Part shown: piece by piece, positions 59,485-64,000 of the stretch | Position numbering within the stretch: position 1 is the stretch's first letter | Layout: every line of letters starts with the position of its first letter | Assembly: GCA_043228905.1 (NCBI GenBank) | Contig: JBHGNT010000001.1 | Coordinates: 7,874,001 to 7,938,000 of the forward strand | DNA length: 64,000 bases | Reading direction: 5' to 3' | Origin: Azolla caroliniana | Lineage: Eukaryota > Plantae > Polypodiophyta | Program-made: the position numbers and the translations under genes | Notes under the pieces: generated by a model | What the model was told of the DNA's origin: nothing | The model's input: only the letters and a program-made list of their open reading frames with translations | The model's database searches: none

Positions 59485-62400
59485 TGTTGAGCGGCAAGCT
59501 CAACTGGAGCCAGATCGGCTGGATAAGCCTGAGCCGGTGAGCAAGACGGATCGGTAAGCCGGCAAGCAACCGAGCCGGTTAGCCAGATCCAATCGGTATC
59601 TGGAAGCCTAGTATTAGTTTAGACTACTAGGCAGATATAGTCTCGTAGTAAGTGTCAGATGCTCGTGTGAGCATTGAAGTACGCGGTACTTCTGTCAGTC
59701 CCACGAGGACTTGTATAAATAGTGCTACTGAGCACAATTGTAAGTGAGAGAGTGTCTATATTGTTTTCAATGTAGCTTTTACGTTTTTGCTCTCTCTATC
59801 TCTCCCATGTACTCTGTGTATTCTCTGCTTTCTCTGTTTTCTAATGCTTCTGCAAGTAATCATTTACATGGTATCAGAGCGCGAGGGTTGAGAACCTCTG
59901 CAGCCGACAAACGCTTGAAAGCAAACCCTAACAGGTCGTAAGAACAACTGACAGAGAAGTGATGGATAGAGGAATGGCTAGCTCGCTCCCTGTGGAGAAA
60001 CTCGACAGATCCAACTATGCATCTTGGTCGTACAAGACGCACTAGTACCTGCTTGGGCATGGCTACTGGAGTTTCGTCGAAGGAGCCAACGAAACAGCAC
60101 CTGATGCGGCACATAAGGATTTCCCAGTGTGGGAACAATCGGCAAGCTGAGTGATGTACTGCTTCGCGTCTAGTGTCGGAGACCAGCTGCTGAGCACAAT
60201 CTGAGACGCCAAGACGCTGAAGGAGGCTTGGGGAAACCTGAAGAAGGTTTTCGCCGCGAGCACTACAGCCCGGAAGTTGCAACTCCGACAAGAGTTGAGC
60301 AATGTCCGACAGAAGGACATGTCGGTGGCGGATTACACGGCCCAGACCAAAGAGATATGTGACTCACTTGCCTCTATCAACGTTACCGTAGAGGAAGACG
60401 AGATGGTACAGGTCTGTCTTGGGGGCCTGGCGTCTAAGTTCAGAGTGTTCCGAACGGCGGTGTGTGCAAGGGAGAATACGCTGTCATTTTTTGACTTACA
60501 GTCGATGCTCCTTGTAGAGGAGAACCACGCCGATGCGTCAACTAGCGCACCCATTGACAACCGGATGTTGTACACGGAAACGGATCGGTCCTGTGGGCGT
60601 GGTGGACGAGGCGGGTCGGCACGCTGTCGTGAAGATCCGTTACTACGCGCGGATCGTGAGGCGGAACCGTCGGGGTTCTGGACCAGAAGGATTTAGAGTC
60701 GAAACAAGCTTTGGCGAGAAAGTACTTAAGATAGATTGGGAAAGAGAGAAGATGAGATTACACGATTGATTTCAAAACGAATTTCTTCCTCCTAATTTTC
60801 ATAAAAAAAAACCGTGTTTTTCTCCTCCCCCTTCCCTCTTTTATAGATGCTCTCATGCACATGATGCATGTGAGGGTACAAGACATGCATAAATTGCATG
60901 TTTGCCATTTGGCGCTTAAGTATTACATGTGGTGCATGTTAACCATGTCACTCATTTTAGCACTCATGGATGAGAATTTACATGTAAAAGTACAATGATA
61001 GAAATATAATTTCAACTAAATACTATGGCTTAATGGTAAGTTGGAGGTACAAGGTTCGAATCCATACTTGCCCTCCTTGTATATGTAAATATGTATATAT
61101 TTTTATATATTTATTTTATCTAGTCGTCGGTTCGCCGGATACCGTCGCCGGGTACCGGTGCCGCCGCCGGATGCCGACGCCGGATACCGGTGCCGCATGT
61201 CGTCGGATCACTGGCTCCATCGCCGGTCCGGTTTTGGTTGGCCAAAACCCTTTACGAGTAGCTAGCCACCTCCACTCTAAGTTCAAGTTACCTTGAACTC
61301 TCTATGCTCCACACATAGACACAAAGATAATATCTTTTGCTCCTCCTTATATATGATGAGAGCCGTATTTGTCGTGCCTATGTGGGATATCTCACAATTT
61401 TCTCTTTTCTTTTCACAAACTTTATACCCTCATATCTTGACATTTAGTTGTCCATTTCTCATGTAATAAAGTGCATTCGAAACCTCCATCATTTTGTACT
61501 TAGATATTAAAAATGTTATCTTCACAATTATTGTATTACATGATTCATACTCGATTTTGTACATTTTATGGGATTTTCACACTATTGCCGAAAATCTTCA
61601 CGACAACGCAATGGAGGCGGCTGGCAAAACCAGGAACAAAGGCACAGAGAACATGCCGACAACAGTTCTGGACCCTCCGGGAGCAAGGGGAGTCATGGCG
61701 GCACCGGAAGACGACAAGAGAAGACTGCAACGGAATGTTGGTACTGTGGCAAAAACGGCCACAGAAAAAGCGAGTGCTGGAGAAAACGGGCCGATTCGAA
61801 CAAATCCGGATTCGGCAAGGCCGGCAAGGATGGCCGGCAAAGCTCGCACTAGGCAAAGGGATCGGGAGGATCCAAGAACGGTAACGGGCCATCCTTGGTG
61901 ATGAAGCACGAGGCGAACTCGATGAAGAAGACCACTTCCAAATCGGAGGAAGTGTGGTATGTTGATTCCGGGGCATCGAACCACATGACGAGCCACAAAG
62001 AGTGGTTATCCTTTTTGGAGAAACCGGATCAACCAGGAGTAGTCGAAACCGGAGACAACACTCCTCACCCAATCGTGCACGTCGGAGAAGTTCCTTTGAG
62101 CCACGTCGGACAAAAGGGGAAACTGATAAACGTATTACACGTTCCGACAATCACGAAGAACCTGGTGTCGGTCGGATAGATCGTCGACCAAAGGATGCAG
62201 GTGCGGTTTACGCACCTAGGGTGCTTCATCGAGGAAGAGGGCCAGATTATTGTGCAAGGGCGCAGAGACAGGAGGATGTTTATCCTCGACACCAATGACG
62301 TCGGCACCGCTCTGTTTGCAAAAGGACAGAAGGTCGAATCGGACATCGACCTGTGGCACAAGCGGATAGGCCACATCAATTACCGGAGGCTTCAAGACCT

Positions 62401-63542
62401 GCAAGCGAAACAAGTTTTTTTCGGTTTGCCGAAGTTCAGCGGCCTGAACGCCCAAGTATGTGAAGCCTGCCAACTCGGGAAGCAACACCGGCTTCCATTC
62501 CCCACCGAACGTAACCAGAGCCGTAACAAGCTCGACCTTATCCATTCGGATGTGTGGGGACCGGCACAGAATGTTCGATATTTCGTCTCCTTCATTGACG
62601 ACTATACGCGGCACACATGGATCTACCTCATTGAGCAGAAGAGTGAAGTCTTCGAGTGTTTCCGGAGTCTCCAAAGCATGGTGGAACGGGAATCGGAGAG
62701 AAAGATCAAATGCCTACGGTCAGATGGCAGAAAAGAATACTTTTCCGGCCAATTCAACAGTTATCTGCAGCAAAAGGGAATTCGGCGAGAGTTCAATTGC
62801 AGATACACACTGCAACAGAACAGTGTTGCCGATTCGGAAGAACCGGATCAACTCAAGGCCAAGAGGACGAGAAGGCAGCGAAAGTCAACGCCAACACGAA
62901 GGAATCGGCGAACTGGAACGCACCGAAGTCACAGCAGCAAGGGAGCTGAATTGGGCCTGTTGAGCAGACAAGCCGACCGAGGAGGTCGAGGTGTGCAGAA
63001 CAAGAGGGGTCGCGGCAAACAGAACCGGACCGAACAAGGAGCGCAAGCAAGGCAGAGCGACGCCAGGAGAAGTTGGTTGGAAGAACCGACTGCCACAGAG
63101 GGTGACACTAGGATCCAACCTCAAGTTGAGCTTGAGGGGGAGTGTTGAGTGGCAAGCTCAACTGGAGCCAGATTGGCTGGATAAGCCTGAGCCGGTGAGC
63201 AAGACGGATCGGTAAGCCGGAGAGCAACCGAGCCAGCAAGCAATAGAGCCGGTTAGCCAAATCCAATCGGTAATCGGAAGCCTAGTATTAGTTTAGACTA
63301 CTAGGCAGATATAGTCTCGTAGTAAGTGTCAGATGCTCGTGTGAGCATTGAAGTACACGGTACTTCTGTCAGTCCCACGAGGACTTGTATAAATAGTGCT
63401 ACTGAGCACAGTTGTAAGTGAGAGAGTGTCTATATTGTTTTGAATATAGCTTTTACGTTTTTGCTCTCTCTGTCTCTCCCATGTACTCTATGTATTCTCT
63501 ACTTTCTCTGTTTTCTAACGCTTCCGCAAGTAATCGTTTACA
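59485..63542 (+). mobile_element. Copia deletion derivative (gag-PR-partial INT; no RT or RH) with both LTRs
   Basis: LTRs 59485-59868 and 63143-63542; TSD ACAAC; PBS TGGTATCAGAGC at 59869-59880; PPT GAGGGGGAG; CWYCGKNGHRKSEC; WYVDSGAS; WHKRIGH; LIHSDVWGP. Confidence 0.93.
60625..61605 (-). mobile_element. Solo LTR (981 bp) of fungal-like gypsy inserted in copia gag
   Basis: 12-bp TIR TGTCGTGAAGAT/ATCTTCACGACA; 4-bp TSD ACGC; matches LTR 8802-9076. Confidence 0.93.
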
Positions 63543-64000
63543 ACAACAAAGTAGTCCTAAATCTTTAAGACTAATGGTAACCCCAATCGAAAAGGAACAA
63601 TTTTTGGCGAGCGAGTTATAAAAGTCACTTTTGTGTCGTATTACCTCATCTACTTGCACTTTTAGTTTTCTTCTCCATTTTTAATCTAAGCTAGAACTCT
63701 CTCTCCCATACTTTTGAAGTGACTGATTAGTGTTAAGTGTTATTTAGCCAAACTCTAATCGCTCCTCCTTTTTGTATTTGTTGTGGTGACTTTTCTATTT
63801 AACTGGGGTGTGGTTAGCATTGTTGCGTGCAATCTCTTTCACATGTGTATGTGTCTAGCATTTAATTAAGCCTTTGCAATGCATTAATTACTTCTTGATT
63901 AGATTTATCTTAGTGAAAGATGGGCGAGAGTTCACGAAATTAGGGTAAGCAAAGTTAGTGACTTGAGAGTGCTTGACAACTATGCTTGCTCAACTCAAAG

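Overview
Eukaryotic nuclear DNA, most likely from a non-seed land plant (inferred from an intronless microbial-type terpene synthase gene, Tcn1-like and fungal-like Ty3/gypsy elements, and primer sites matching plant tRNAs). The window is almost entirely a deeply nested retrotransposon cluster. It contains: (i) a fungal-like Ty3/gypsy family (tRNA-Trp PBS, 4-bp CpG-centred target duplications, gag-PR/RT -1 frameshift site) with six LTR-bearing copies, one nested in another; (ii) Athila/Phygy-like non-chromovirus gypsy pieces with tRNA-Arg PBSs; (iii) a Tcn1-like chromovirus-type element that appears self-priming; (iv) several Ty1/copia elements, one with an uninterrupted 1337-aa gag-pol; (v) an intact two-ORF LINE plus three 3' fragments, nearly all bordered by (CT)n/(GA)n; (vi) a hAT-type MITE and a probable hAT transposase relic. 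The only host-like gene is a microbial terpene synthase-like (MTPSL) locus at ~43.8-45.05 kb, broken by one in-frame TAG. The most unusual object is a 2.8-kb non-coding LTR element (51669-54450). It has tRNA-Arg primer-binding sites facing inward from both LTRs and no polypurine tract, which suggests tRNA-primed plus-strand synthesis. Coordinates were counted by eye and may be off by a few bases; family assignments rest on motif recognition, not database searches.
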